Notes under the pieces: model-generated
The model's input: the letters and a program-made list of their open reading frames with translations, nothing else
Told to the model about the DNA's origin: nothing
Database searches by the model: none
Part shown: piece after piece, positions 17,497 to 26,767 of the stretch
Position numbering within the stretch: position 1 is the first letter of the stretch
Layout: every line of letters begins with the position of its first letter
Program-made: the position numbers and the translations under genes
Source: Planctomycetota bacterium
Lineage (GTDB): Bacteria; Planctomycetota; GCA-002687715; DRQF01
Assembly (NCBI GenBank): GCA_027001995.1
Contig: JALTLO010000079.1
Span: 1-31,279 of the forward strand
Reading direction: 5' to 3'
DNA: 31,279 bases

Positions 17497-18657
17497 TTAG
17501 ATGCAAGCTCGAAATGCCTCGGCCAATTGCGATGCACCATGGCGGTTCAGCGTTTCATTGGTTTTCAAATTAAAGACGCCGGTTTCGAGATTGGCTGGTG
17601 GCAGAATAATACCGCGATTGGCTAGCTTTGCCCGAAACTCTTGGGGGTCAGCTCCCTTGAGCCGCATCTTGGTGATGTTGGTGCCATGAGGGATGGCATC
17701 GAACTGGAAGCTCTTGTGGTTCTCTAAGTTCGCCATCAAACCATCGAAGACTGCAATGGCGGTACGCAATCGATCGACCGTACCATCCACAAATGCCAAG
17801 GCGATGGCGACAAAAGGCCAAACCTGAGGCATGCTCGCCCCGTACAAACGGCGAGTATGATACATGCCTTCGATCATCGACTTAGGCCCAGCCAAGATCG
17901 CTCCCGATGGGCTGTGAAAAGTCTTGTAGAGAGACACATAAACAGAATCGAATTGCCTGGCATAGTCTTTCACATCGATGCCCGTGTATGCTGACTCGAT
18001 AAAGATCCGCGCTCCATCCAAGTGCATGGCGATCTCATTTTCTTTAGCGAACCTGCTAATCCTCTTCATCTCGTCGAAAGGAAAATGAGTATTCGCTCTC
18101 CGACGAACTGGCGACTCAATCGCGATGGCCCCCACGTCGAATTTCACTTTGCTCGACCGAGATCGTTGAACCCTCTCTTCGACCTCAGCCAATCGAAACG
18201 AAGCAGCCCCTGGGGCCAGGGGCATGACATTCAGCCCCGCCAATCGCTGGGCTCCATCGCCACTGTCATTGTAGACATGACTCTCAGCCTGGGTGATGAC
18301 ACGGTGATGATCGCCTTGGCAATGGGACCTGAGGGCCAGATGGTTGGCCAACGTTCCTGTGGGCATGAAGATAGCATCTTCTTTGCCCAACACAGCCGCC
18401 AGTTTTTCCTCTAACTCTCGGACAATGCCCCCCGTGGAGTATTGGCCAAAGACGATCTCTCGGTTTTTCGCCAAGTAGGACATCAATGACGTCGATTCCT
18501 GAGCATCTAGATCGAGGCAATCCCGCGTAAGCTTGATCGGCCCTTCCTGCAAGACATGCTCAATCATGTCCTTTTCTTCAGACTTGCCAGAATCTCCAGC
18601 CATAGCACCCGCTCCCAAAACCAGGGCCCCACTTTTTAGGACTTCACGACGATTCAT
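17497..18657 (-). CDS. PLP-dependent low-specificity threonine aldolase-like protein with Tat-type N-terminus
   Basis: AAGGAGG SD, MNRREVLK..GALVLGAGAMA, GKEDAIFMPTGTLAN, ESHVY, HLDGAR and SLYK (PLP lysine). Confidence 0.85.
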   Translation of the reverse strand: MNRREVLKSGALVLGAGAMAGDSGKSEEKDMIEHVLQEGPIKLTRDCLDLDAQESTSLMSYLAKNREIVFGQYSTGGIVRELEEKLAAVLGKEDAIFMPTGTLANHLALRSHCQGDHHRVITQAESHVYNDSGDGAQRLAGLNVMPLAPGAASFRLAEVEERVQRSRSSKVKFDVGAIAIESPVRRRANTHFPFDEMKRISRFAKENEIAMHLDGARIFIESAYTGIDVKDYARQFDSVYVSLYKTFHSPSGAILAGPKSMIEGMYHTRRLYGASMPQVWPFVAIALAFVDGTVDRLRTAIAVFDGLMANLENHKSFQFDAIPHGTNITKMRLKGADPQEFRAKLANRGIILPPANLETGVFNLKTNETLNRHGASQLAEAFRACI

Positions 18658-18814
18658 CTCTTCCTCCTTTCGCTGCACGAAGGGTAAAAGTCCCCAACAT
18701 GAGCAAGGGGCTATGATAGCCCTTGGAAGGCGTGCGTCGAGCCCAATCAGGGGGAGTTCTTCCGGGGCTGTGCAGAAATGAAGAAAATGGGCCCAGAGAT
18801 GAGCAAGAAAGGAT

Positions 18815-18854
18815 GACTTCATGAACAAAGCGCTATCTCTTTGTTCATGAAGTC
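18815..18854 (-). terminator. Long hairpin (probable terminator) downstream of the ChaN-domain gene
   Basis: Perfect 16-bp inverted repeat GACTTCATGAACAAAG (18815-18830) / CTTTGTTCATGAAGTC (18839-18854) with an 8-nt loop, about 25 nt past the stop codon. Confidence 0.65.
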
Positions 18855-18878
18855 GAAATCAGGGAGGGTGAGCTTCTC

Positions 18879-21047
18879 TTACTTGGCACCCAAACCAGGA
18901 CGCCAATGGATGGTCATTTGGTCACCCAAGTTGCCAACATTCTGACTCAGTTTTTGCATGAAAGCTGGGTCAGCGCAAAACATGGCTGGCACAATGAGGA
19001 CATTCTTCCGCCCTTTTTCCTTCAGTTGAGTGAGCATGTTGTGCAGGCCGAACTCGCCGTCTGGCATAGCCAAGCGCAAGCGTAAGAATCGACTCACCTT
19101 GCTGAGAGGTTTCGAATCAAGAATGGCTACCCACGCCGATTTCTCCGTTTCCGAGATATTGGCAGGGAGGACAATGACTGTCGTGCCACCAAAAGGACCT
19201 GGACAGCGAGGCAGCGCGAAGGGTGATGTGTAGTCTTCGGCTTTCACCGCCAAGGACAGTTCGCGAGAGCCCTCAGACTTGCTGGCTTGATCCGGAGTCA
19301 AGACAGCCACAGCGACGCCACTCTTGGCTTGCAAGGCCTTCAGACGAGCCCAATACCACCCTCTGGGGCTGGCCTTTGAGGCTACAATGTGCTCTCGGGT
19401 TCTCTCAGTCTCTTGAACAAGGCCATGAAGACCGAGGGCAGCTCGCAAAGTCGACTCATTGTGACTTTCCCGTTGCCAAGGATCGGTAGAAACCTCGATC
19501 ATCTCGCTCTTGATGCCAATGCCTTCGTATTCGGCCAATTCGCCTTGCCACCAAGCTCGGTCGGGCTCAGGCAAGACGATGCGCAACATTTTATTCAAGG
19601 CAGGGTCCTCCCCTCTCAGTTCTGGCAAAGGCAAAGGGAAGTCTTTGATCTTGGCATAGCGACGGGGGGAGAAAGCCACGACGTTGAGATCCATACGCCC
19701 ACTCATGATAGCCGTACTTGCAGCGACTGTGGCGCCAGCCCCTTCCCCGGCCACAACAAGCCGTTGAGGATCGACGGGATAGTAGCGAGAAACATAGCCC
19801 CAGGTGCGCTCAACCACTTGATTGAGAGCCCCGATATCCTCAGAGAAACTCTCAGGCCAGAACCACCTGCCCCCAGTTCCCAGGTCGAATTGCACCGCAG
19901 GATAAGGGGACTCAATAACCGCAATGGCAGCTTCCTTGCCTAAGCGACTCTTCCATAGCTGCATACCGTCCTTTGCGGTCAGGCCATCGTCGGCGAACCA
20001 GATAAGAAGAGGCACTTTTTTTCCTGCTGCGATATTACGAGGGACATGGAGCAAGTATTCAATTTCTTTGGCCGTCGTGACTGCCCACGTCCCTTCGTTG
20101 AGATCTCTGGCCCTGGATTCGGCAAAAATGACGTAGTCGGCGGTGGGGGCGCCGGTCAGCCGGGCTGTGGATGGGTTGGCCGTTCCCCGGATGTCGACAG
20201 TGAGCATTTTGGCCTTAGGTTTTCTCAGCTTGAATTGCCGAGCGGTGCCACTCCAGTAAGAAGTGTGGAAGCCCCCATTGACGTGCATGACGGCGTATCC
20301 AGGATGTGCATCCAAAGCCAGAGAACAGCTTTCGCCCATGGAGTTGTCCCACAAAGTTTGGGTCGAGAGCAACCTCTCGTCGTCGCCTTCCCGAGGGCGC
20401 ATCATGGCGATATGACCGCGAACGGCGTTGTCGACTCGGCGCCAATAGTCCTTCGTGTTGGCTTTGATCTCTTGGGGCACAAGCCTCTTTTTCTCATCGG
20501 GTAGATTATTCAGAGCTTCTAAACCACCTTGAGCAACCACCCGACGCATAGGGCGCGGGAAGTTAGCCGCCACCACGGGCTGACCAGCTTTCTTGGCAGC
20601 CTCAATCATGGGGCGATAGGCCGTGCGGTAATTGCTCCACGGGCGAGAAGACTTAAGAAACTCCTTCTCGGTCACTTCACCACTGAGATAGCGGTCCAAG
20701 GCTTCCTGTTCATCGCGCTCAAACATCTCCATGGCGAGAACCACTTTGCCGTCCCGCTTGGCGAGTAGGCCTTGATAAACAGCAAGCTCAGCCCGATGCG
20801 TTGTTTCGTCAACGTGGGTTTCTCCGAGGAAGACAGCATCAGCGGCAGCGAGTTCTTCCAACAATTTTTTCCAAGAGATGATCTCCCCGGTTCGGCCGCG
20901 CCTGACGGAGGTGGCGACCTCAATCGACGGAGCCTGCCACTGAAGGCTATTTCTTGCCGTAGGTTTCGAGCTTTGCGGGGACAGTGCCCAACTCGGGGCA
21001 ACCAGAGAACCAATGAGAAGAAGGATGCTAAGTGCGGAAAGACGCAT
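18879..21047 (-). CDS. Secreted multidomain protein: ChaN/PhuW (Tiki-superfamily) domain, alpha/beta-hydrolase-like domain and CbiX-like C-terminus
   Basis: Signal peptide; ADAVFLGETH, LAMEMFER, W.NY...YRPM, WDNSMG and HVNGGFH (ChaN). VPLLIWF..., VDPQRLVVAGEGAGA (hydrolase fold). GRKNVLIVPAMF..IHWRPGLG (chelatase-like, weaker). Confidence 0.75.
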   Translation of the reverse strand: MRLSALSILLLIGSLVAPSWALSPQSSKPTARNSLQWQAPSIEVATSVRRGRTGEIISWKKLLEELAAADAVFLGETHVDETTHRAELAVYQGLLAKRDGKVVLAMEMFERDEQEALDRYLSGEVTEKEFLKSSRPWSNYRTAYRPMIEAAKKAGQPVVAANFPRPMRRVVAQGGLEALNNLPDEKKRLVPQEIKANTKDYWRRVDNAVRGHIAMMRPREGDDERLLSTQTLWDNSMGESCSLALDAHPGYAVMHVNGGFHTSYWSGTARQFKLRKPKAKMLTVDIRGTANPSTARLTGAPTADYVIFAESRARDLNEGTWAVTTAKEIEYLLHVPRNIAAGKKVPLLIWFADDGLTAKDGMQLWKSRLGKEAAIAVIESPYPAVQFDLGTGGRWFWPESFSEDIGALNQVVERTWGYVSRYYPVDPQRLVVAGEGAGATVAASTAIMSGRMDLNVVAFSPRRYAKIKDFPLPLPELRGEDPALNKMLRIVLPEPDRAWWQGELAEYEGIGIKSEMIEVSTDPWQRESHNESTLRAALGLHGLVQETERTREHIVASKASPRGWYWARLKALQAKSGVAVAVLTPDQASKSEGSRELSLAVKAEDYTSPFALPRCPGPFGGTTVIVLPANISETEKSAWVAILDSKPLSKVSRFLRLRLAMPDGEFGLHNMLTQLKEKGRKNVLIVPAMFCADPAFMQKLSQNVGNLGDQMTIHWRPGLGAK

Positions 21048-21111
21048 GATTAGATTCCGGATATGAGAGAAAACGAATGGGTCGTGATTTGGCAGATATT
21101 AACGATTTGGC

Positions 21112-21351
21112 TCAGTTCTTCTTGAGATTCTTGACAATGCCGAACACCGAGATGAGCAACCAAAACCCTTCCACCAAAGCAGCAGATAAATTGAAGTCGA
21201 CAATCAAGGAAAGCAGAATCAAAAGAGCCCCCAAAGCATTGAGAGCTGAATATCTGAGTTCCGCAGTCTTGATCCACCCCACCTGGAGCAGCAAGTAAGT
21301 GCCAACAATGAGCATGACACCCACAAAGCCCGCAATATCGTGTAATTCCAT
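21112..21351 (-). CDS. CBU_0592 family small membrane protein
   Basis: 79 aa; GVMLIVGTYLLLQ, YSALNALGALLILLSL and FNLSAALVEGFWLLIS. Confidence 0.85.
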   Translation of the reverse strand: MELHDIAGFVGVMLIVGTYLLLQVGWIKTAELRYSALNALGALLILLSLIVDFNLSAALVEGFWLLISVFGIVKNLKKN

Positions 21352-21533
21352 AAACTTGTCTTACTGGGTCCTGGCGGTTTTTCCAGGCCCAGGGCTAAGA
21401 AGACATAAGAAACGTGATATCAAGGGTTTACAAAAATAGGAGATTATTGAAAAATCACCGTAAAATTGACCGAATTGAGATCGAAACATTCCTATTCCTG
21501 CCTTTGGGCTCATTGCGAGATAAGATTCAGACC

Positions 21534-22106
21534 ATGGAACCGATCAGCGGCATCATCTTCGGCATCATTTGCGCTATCGTCGCGGACTCCCGCGGCCGCT
21601 CCCCTCTAGGTTGGGCGATTATCGGATACTTTCTGCCCTGCCTTGGTCTCTTCATTCTCTTGGTCATTCCTGACCTCCAAGTCATGGAACGCCGTGACCA
21701 ACAGCTCAACCAGGAGAATCGCCGCCTGCGAGAACAAATCCGCCGAGATCGTGCTTTGGCAGACAGTCGCCACAGCGAAACCCTGCGCCGAATCGATCTC
21801 CACGATGAATACCTCCAAGTGGACACCGCCACACCTCCTGCCCTCCCTATGAGTATGCAAGATCCTTACATCGAAGAGGATTCTGACTGTGAGCTCAGCG
21901 AAGAAAGCTACAAATTCTTAGATGTTGTTTGGTGGTATGCCGACCAAGAAGGCACCCTGCAAATGGGGCCCACCTCATTCGACACCCTGAAGCGCTTATG
22001 GCACTCAGGTACAATTCGGCCCGACACCCTAGTATGGTGCGAACTCTTAGAGGATTGGTTTGAAGTAAAGGATGTTTGCGAACTCCGGGAGCAACTCAAT
22101 GCCTGA
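21534..22106 (+). CDS. Membrane protein with coiled coil and C-terminal GYF_2 (DUF4339) domain
   Basis: IA.SRGRS..GW TM hairpin, coiled coil, and WWY...QMGP.SF..L......G.I..DTLVW.....W. Confidence 0.8.
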   Translation: MEPISGIIFGIICAIVADSRGRSPLGWAIIGYFLPCLGLFILLVIPDLQVMERRDQQLNQENRRLREQIRRDRALADSRHSETLRRIDLHDEYLQVDTATPPALPMSMQDPYIEEDSDCELSEESYKFLDVVWWYADQEGTLQMGPTSFDTLKRLWHSGTIRPDTLVWCELLEDWFEVKDVCELREQLNA

Positions 22107-23049
22107 TGACGGCGGGCCACCCCCTCTTCAACGGAATAAACCTTCAATCTCAAGGACAGACGATCAGTCATTCTTGTGGTTCGATGGCATTCTAGAAGGT
22201 CCCGTTGGCGACCGGGACCTCCTGAAGTCTTGCACTATCCGCATAGATGCCATTGGAATCGTACAAGCAAACTTAGAAATTGATGGGGGTCGATTCTCAA
22301 TCCTGCTGGACGACAAGAGTCGACGCATGGATGGGATTCGTGATGAGCAACGCGCTCGCCTCTTAGCCTTATTCCAAGAAATCGTTGACCTGTCCCCAAA
22401 CCCATTGGGAGTGGAATCAACACTCCGATGTACGGAAGTCACGAAAGACGGCGTTCAAGAGACCCTCTTTGCCCTCCAAGATGGCCAATTTCAACGGGTG
22501 TCCAGAACCAGAAAAGCCAATTCCGGAGACTTAGCCCGGAAACCCCGTCCCATCTCCGTGATCGGTGGAGAATTCGAAAACCCCAATCAACGCCGCGTCA
22601 TCCTGGGTGGGGCGGTTCTCTTCGTATTGAGTTTCTTAGGCTGGCAAATGGGAGTCGTCCATTTGGCTCTCACACCTGAACCACAAGAAATCAGCGTCAA
22701 TCACGGGCTTTTTGAAAACATGATTGCCAGCGACCTGTCAAAAAAGTGGGGGGTCTACACTCTCTCCATTTACCGCGGGGACGACTTCCCCAAAACGATG
22801 TCCGCTTTTGATTCAGCCATCAAGTCCGCCAAAAAGTTGAACCGCGGTGCCATGCTCGATGCTTTGGCCCACGGCAATGTCATTTACGTCCAACTGATTG
22901 ATTCGGCCGATAATATCGTCTTCCAAAAAGGCCTGAGCCTTAAACCTCTCTTGCTTAGTTCTGAAGCGAAACTTCAAATGCAGATCCAGGGTCACAAGGA
23001 TGCCAAGAGCATCCGTCTTGCCCTGACCCCCGCCCCCCTGTCAAGATAG
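22099..23049 (+). CDS. Hypothetical single-pass membrane protein
   Basis: Long ORF whose ATG overlaps the upstream stop (ATGCCTGA); one central TM segment (VILGGAVLFVLSFLGW). Confidence 0.7.
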   Translation: MPDDGGPPPLQRNKPSISRTDDQSFLWFDGILEGPVGDRDLLKSCTIRIDAIGIVQANLEIDGGRFSILLDDKSRRMDGIRDEQRARLLALFQEIVDLSPNPLGVESTLRCTEVTKDGVQETLFALQDGQFQRVSRTRKANSGDLARKPRPISVIGGEFENPNQRRVILGGAVLFVLSFLGWQMGVVHLALTPEPQEISVNHGLFENMIASDLSKKWGVYTLSIYRGDDFPKTMSAFDSAIKSAKKLNRGAMLDALAHGNVIYVQLIDSADNIVFQKGLSLKPLLLSSEAKLQMQIQGHKDAKSIRLALTPAPLSR

Positions 23050-23089
23050 ATCTATCCAGAGACCACCGTTTTCTGACAAAGGGCCTGCT

Positions 23090-23905
23090 TTGAAACACAA
23101 ATTCGACATTGTCGGTGACATCCATGGCCAACGAGATGCCCTGCAACAGGTACTCCAGCAACTAGGCTACGAAGATCGAGAAGGAACCTTTTTTGCACCA
23201 AGAGGACGCAAACTCATTTCCGTTGGCGATGTGATCAACAAAGGGCCTCATTCTCTGGAGTGCTTAGAACTTCTTCAAAGAATGCAAAAGGCCGGGCAGG
23301 CAGAGGTCATCATCGGGAACCATGAGATCAACGCCATTCACTATCAAGCCGGTCTACGCCCCAAGAACACCGCAACGACCAAACAATTTTCCAAGACTCT
23401 CGAACAAATTGAGGCCTCTCCAGAGCGCTGGAAACAAGCAGAAAAGTTCATCCTCTCCCTTCCCAATCGCCTGGAACTGGATGAGGGTGCCCTGCGTATT
23501 GTTCACGCCCACTGGCCAGAAGATTCCTTCCCCGTTCACATTGATGAGTACTTAGTGCACTCAACTGGATTAGGGGGGGCCCTCTACCAGGAACTCCAAG
23601 AGATGGTCAAAGGACCGGAAGAAGATTCAACCCCTTACATAGACCGCCACGGTGTCGAACGCTTGTTAGACCGTCAACGTTGGTGGGAATCCTACCCAGC
23701 GGATGCCCCCTTCATCGCCTTCGGCCACTACTGTTTTCCTTGGCAGCACTGCCCGGAGATCCCATCTGAACCCACCCTTCTAGGACCCAACAAAAATGCC
23801 GTTTGTTTGGACTACGGTGCGGGCTCTTACGATCGATTGGTGGCCCTTCGCTACCCTGAATTAAACTTTGTCGTCGTTCAAATCCAGGAAGAGCAGGGTG
23901 CTTAG
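23090..23905 (+). CDS. Calcineurin-like metallophosphoesterase (ApaH/PrpE-like)
   Basis: GDIHG, GDVINKG, GNHE, VHA, FGHY and CLDYG; TTG start. Confidence 0.88.
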   Translation: MKHKFDIVGDIHGQRDALQQVLQQLGYEDREGTFFAPRGRKLISVGDVINKGPHSLECLELLQRMQKAGQAEVIIGNHEINAIHYQAGLRPKNTATTKQFSKTLEQIEASPERWKQAEKFILSLPNRLELDEGALRIVHAHWPEDSFPVHIDEYLVHSTGLGGALYQELQEMVKGPEEDSTPYIDRHGVERLLDRQRWWESYPADAPFIAFGHYCFPWQHCPEIPSEPTLLGPNKNAVCLDYGAGSYDRLVALRYPELNFVVVQIQEEQGA

Positions 23906-24063
23906 ACGAAATCGGCCAGGGCTAACGTTTCTTCGGGGGACGGAGTGTGCGCAGGCCCCAGCGGCCACCCTCGACAATCCATTTCGTTTGAAGTTCACCA
24001 AAAAAACCGAGGAAAAAGGTCGCTCTGAACTCGAACTCCCCCACAGCCTTCACCATTGGTCTT

Positions 24064-24195
24064 TCAATTCTTGGCAGCCAGCGCTTTCTCATCTAGGACA
24101 GCCTCGCCTGCAGATTCACCGCCATCCTCACCACAAGAAATAAGGCCAAACAAAACAATAGCCATCGTAAGCAAAATACAAGAAAATGAACTCAT
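24064..24195 (-). CDS. Possible 43-aa lipoprotein or truncated gene remnant
   Basis: GGAGGGAGAGG SD, hydrophobic stretch, lipobox LISC and an acidic tail. No basic n-region. Confidence 0.35.
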   Translation of the reverse strand: MSSFSCILLTMAIVLFGLISCGEDGGESAGEAVLDEKALAAKN

Positions 24196-24338
24196 GTGAT
24201 GCACCTCTCCCTCCGCAAGTCTGTTACCTGCCATGGTGGTGAAGATGAGAGGCGATGTCAAGCAATCAAATCACAGGAAAGAACACAGGTGCTTATCCGT
24301 AGGTATCAGCATCAGCCAAGTCCTATTCGGAGCGTTTC

Positions 24339-25478
24339 ATGACGACGAAAACCAACAACCGCCGAGACTTCCTCAAAACTGCGGGAAGCGCCGCCGCATT
24401 GGGCTGTTTCCTACCATTGAGGAATCTGGGTCAAGACTTATTAGGGCCGCACTCAAGCAAGGAGCTCAAGATTCTCATTATGGGTGGGACAGGCTTCCTT
24501 GGTCCTGCGGTCGTCGCTGCTCTCAAAGCCCGGGGACACGAAATCACACTCTTCAATCGAGGCCGAACTAGGCCCAACCTCTTCCCGGAGCTCGAAAAAC
24601 TCCGGGGCGATCGGAATCGCGATTTGAGCGCCCTCAAAGGCCGCAAATGGGATGGGGTCATCGACAACTGTGGCTACCACCCGTCGCAAATTCGTAAATC
24701 CACACAAGCCCTGAAAACATCAAGTTTCTATCTCTTCGTTTCGACGGTCTCCGTCTATGAGCAAGGGAGCAAGATGGACACCCATGAGAACAGTCCCCTA
24801 GGAACGATCGAAAACCCAGAGAAAGCTCGGGTCACTAACGATACATACGGCCCCCTCAAGGCTCTCTGCGAAAAAGCAACAACAAAGGCCTTCCCTAAGA
24901 ACTCCGTCATCGTCCGCCCCGGCCTCATCGTTGGTCCTGGGGACCCCACCGATCGTTTCACTTATTGGCCGGCGCGGGTGGCTCGCGGCAGCGAATTACT
25001 AGCGCCCGGGAATCCTCAATGGGGAACCCAATATATCGACGTACGAGACTTAGCCATGTGGATGGTCCACTTGTGTGAGAAACGCATCACTGGCACTTAC
25101 AACGCTGTGGGCCCAAAATCCCCCACGCCTTTTGGAGATCTCTTAGAAAGTTGCAAACGTGTGTCCAAGAGTGACGCCACATTCCGTTGGATGAGCGTTC
25201 CCTTCATGAAAACCAACAAGGTCACCGCTTGGGGCGACATGCCAGCCTATGTCAATCCCCCCCAAGGCATGACTCGCCCAGCCCGCTACGCCAACTCTGC
25301 CGCTGTGGGAGCTGGTTTGGTGTTCAGGCCTTTGGATGAAACAGTCGCCGCAACCCTCGAGTTTCACAAATCACGAGGAGAAGACTACAAGATCCGCACA
25401 GGGATTCATGTTGAAAAGGAGAAGCGAATCCTCAAGATCTGGCATCAAGACCAAGCAAAGAAACCCGCCAAGAAGTGA
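24339..25478 (+). CDS. Tat-signal atypical SDR / NAD-dependent epimerase-dehydratase family protein
   Basis: NRRDFLK Tat motif, GGTGFLG, FNRG, YGPLK, RPGLIVGPGDPTDRF and QYIDVRDLA. Confidence 0.88.
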   Translation: MTTKTNNRRDFLKTAGSAAALGCFLPLRNLGQDLLGPHSSKELKILIMGGTGFLGPAVVAALKARGHEITLFNRGRTRPNLFPELEKLRGDRNRDLSALKGRKWDGVIDNCGYHPSQIRKSTQALKTSSFYLFVSTVSVYEQGSKMDTHENSPLGTIENPEKARVTNDTYGPLKALCEKATTKAFPKNSVIVRPGLIVGPGDPTDRFTYWPARVARGSELLAPGNPQWGTQYIDVRDLAMWMVHLCEKRITGTYNAVGPKSPTPFGDLLESCKRVSKSDATFRWMSVPFMKTNKVTAWGDMPAYVNPPQGMTRPARYANSAAVGAGLVFRPLDETVAATLEFHKSRGEDYKIRTGIHVEKEKRILKIWHQDQAKKPAKK

Positions 25479-26767
25479 CCGAAGACCGTGAGCAAAACGG
25501 CCAGATCGCCCTCAGCAAGGCGACAACTTGGTCGTCCTTCTCTTTCTTCTTTCTGATGCTGGGTTACTACATCCTGCGACCGGTAAGAGAAGGGTTCGGC
25601 GTCGAGCGAGAAAAGGAAGTACTCAAGTTTCTCTACTTGGGCACCTTCCTTGGCACCCTCATCGCCATACCTCTCTATGGGCGTTTGGTTTCTTCAATGC
25701 CTCGTCAGAAGTTTATCCCTTACGTCTTTCGCTTCTTCTCCCTCAACCTCATTCTATTTTCCGTCTGCATTCATTGGGCCAACTCAAGTCCCTGGCCTGG
25801 ACGGGTGTTCTACTGCTGGCTGTCGGTCTACTCCGTATTCACGGTCTCCGTGATTTGGAGTTTCCTTGTTGATGTGTTTGCCCCAATTCATGCCCGCCGC
25901 ATGTTTGGTCCCATCGCTGTCGGCATGTCCATAGGGGGAATTGCCGGATCATTGGTGACGGATGTTTTCGTTGAGATCTTGGGTTTACCAGGGCTCCTTC
26001 TCTTGCCCATTGGTATCGCCGAGATTGTGCTGCTTGGACTGAGGCGAGTGGAGGCACTGTCGCAAAAGTTAAACCAAAGAGAACAGGGCGGTATGGACCA
26101 GAGCCAAGAATCGATATCTGGAGGCCTCGTTGATGGTATCCGCGTGGTACTCAAATCAGACTATTTGCGTCACATTTGCCTGCTGCTCTTCTGCGCTGCT
26201 GGCGCTTCAACCATCTTCTACTTTGCGCAGAACAATTTCGTGCGGGCTTCATTTATAGACGACACCCCAGGTAAGACGCGCTTCTTCGCACGCATGAACT
26301 TGGCAACTCAAATCTTCACAATTGCACTTCAAGCCTTCGCGGTCAGTCGGATCGTGAAGAGGTGGGGTTTGGGCACAGCCCTCATGGTTTTGCCCATTGT
26401 AGCCATCATCGGCCTCTTAATATTAGGATTTCAGGGTGGGCTGGCAGCTTTGGTGCCTTGCTACATCCTCATGAAAAGCACCCATCGGGGCATCGCCTCC
26501 CCCACCAAACAAATGCTTTTTGCCGTAGTCAATCGCCAACAAAAGTACAAATCTAAGAACTTCATCGATACAGTTGTTCTGCGGGGAAGTGATGTTGCCA
26601 TCATGTGGATTCTTTCGGCGATGCAAGTACAACTCCACATGGATGTTGAGTCTATCGTCCTCAGCAGCATCCCCCTCGCCATCCTATGGATCATCACAGC
26701 AAAACGTCTGGGCCAGCTCCACAACCAACATAACCGATCAGAAACCCAAGAGTTGTCGGTTCGTTGA
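25475..26767 (+). CDS. MFS transporter, NTP/NDP exchange (TLC/NTT)-related family
   Basis: YYILRPVR, WSF..DVF...ARRMFG, and KYKSKNFIDTVVLRGSD; about 12 TMs; GTGA overlap with the SDR gene. Confidence 0.82.
   Translation: MTEDREQNGQIALSKATTWSSFSFFFLMLGYYILRPVREGFGVEREKEVLKFLYLGTFLGTLIAIPLYGRLVSSMPRQKFIPYVFRFFSLNLILFSVCIHWANSSPWPGRVFYCWLSVYSVFTVSVIWSFLVDVFAPIHARRMFGPIAVGMSIGGIAGSLVTDVFVEILGLPGLLLLPIGIAEIVLLGLRRVEALSQKLNQREQGGMDQSQESISGGLVDGIRVVLKSDYLRHICLLLFCAAGASTIFYFAQNNFVRASFIDDTPGKTRFFARMNLATQIFTIALQAFAVSRIVKRWGLGTALMVLPIVAIIGLLILGFQGGLAALVPCYILMKSTHRGIASPTKQMLFAVVNRQQKYKSKNFIDTVVLRGSDVAIMWILSAMQVQLHMDVESIVLSSIPLAILWIITAKRLGQLHNQHNRSETQELSVR

Noticed and set aside
24064..24066. Selenocysteine/readthrough TGA
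   Set aside because: No redox motif context, and the in-frame continuation ends after about 22 codons with no recognisable similarity.
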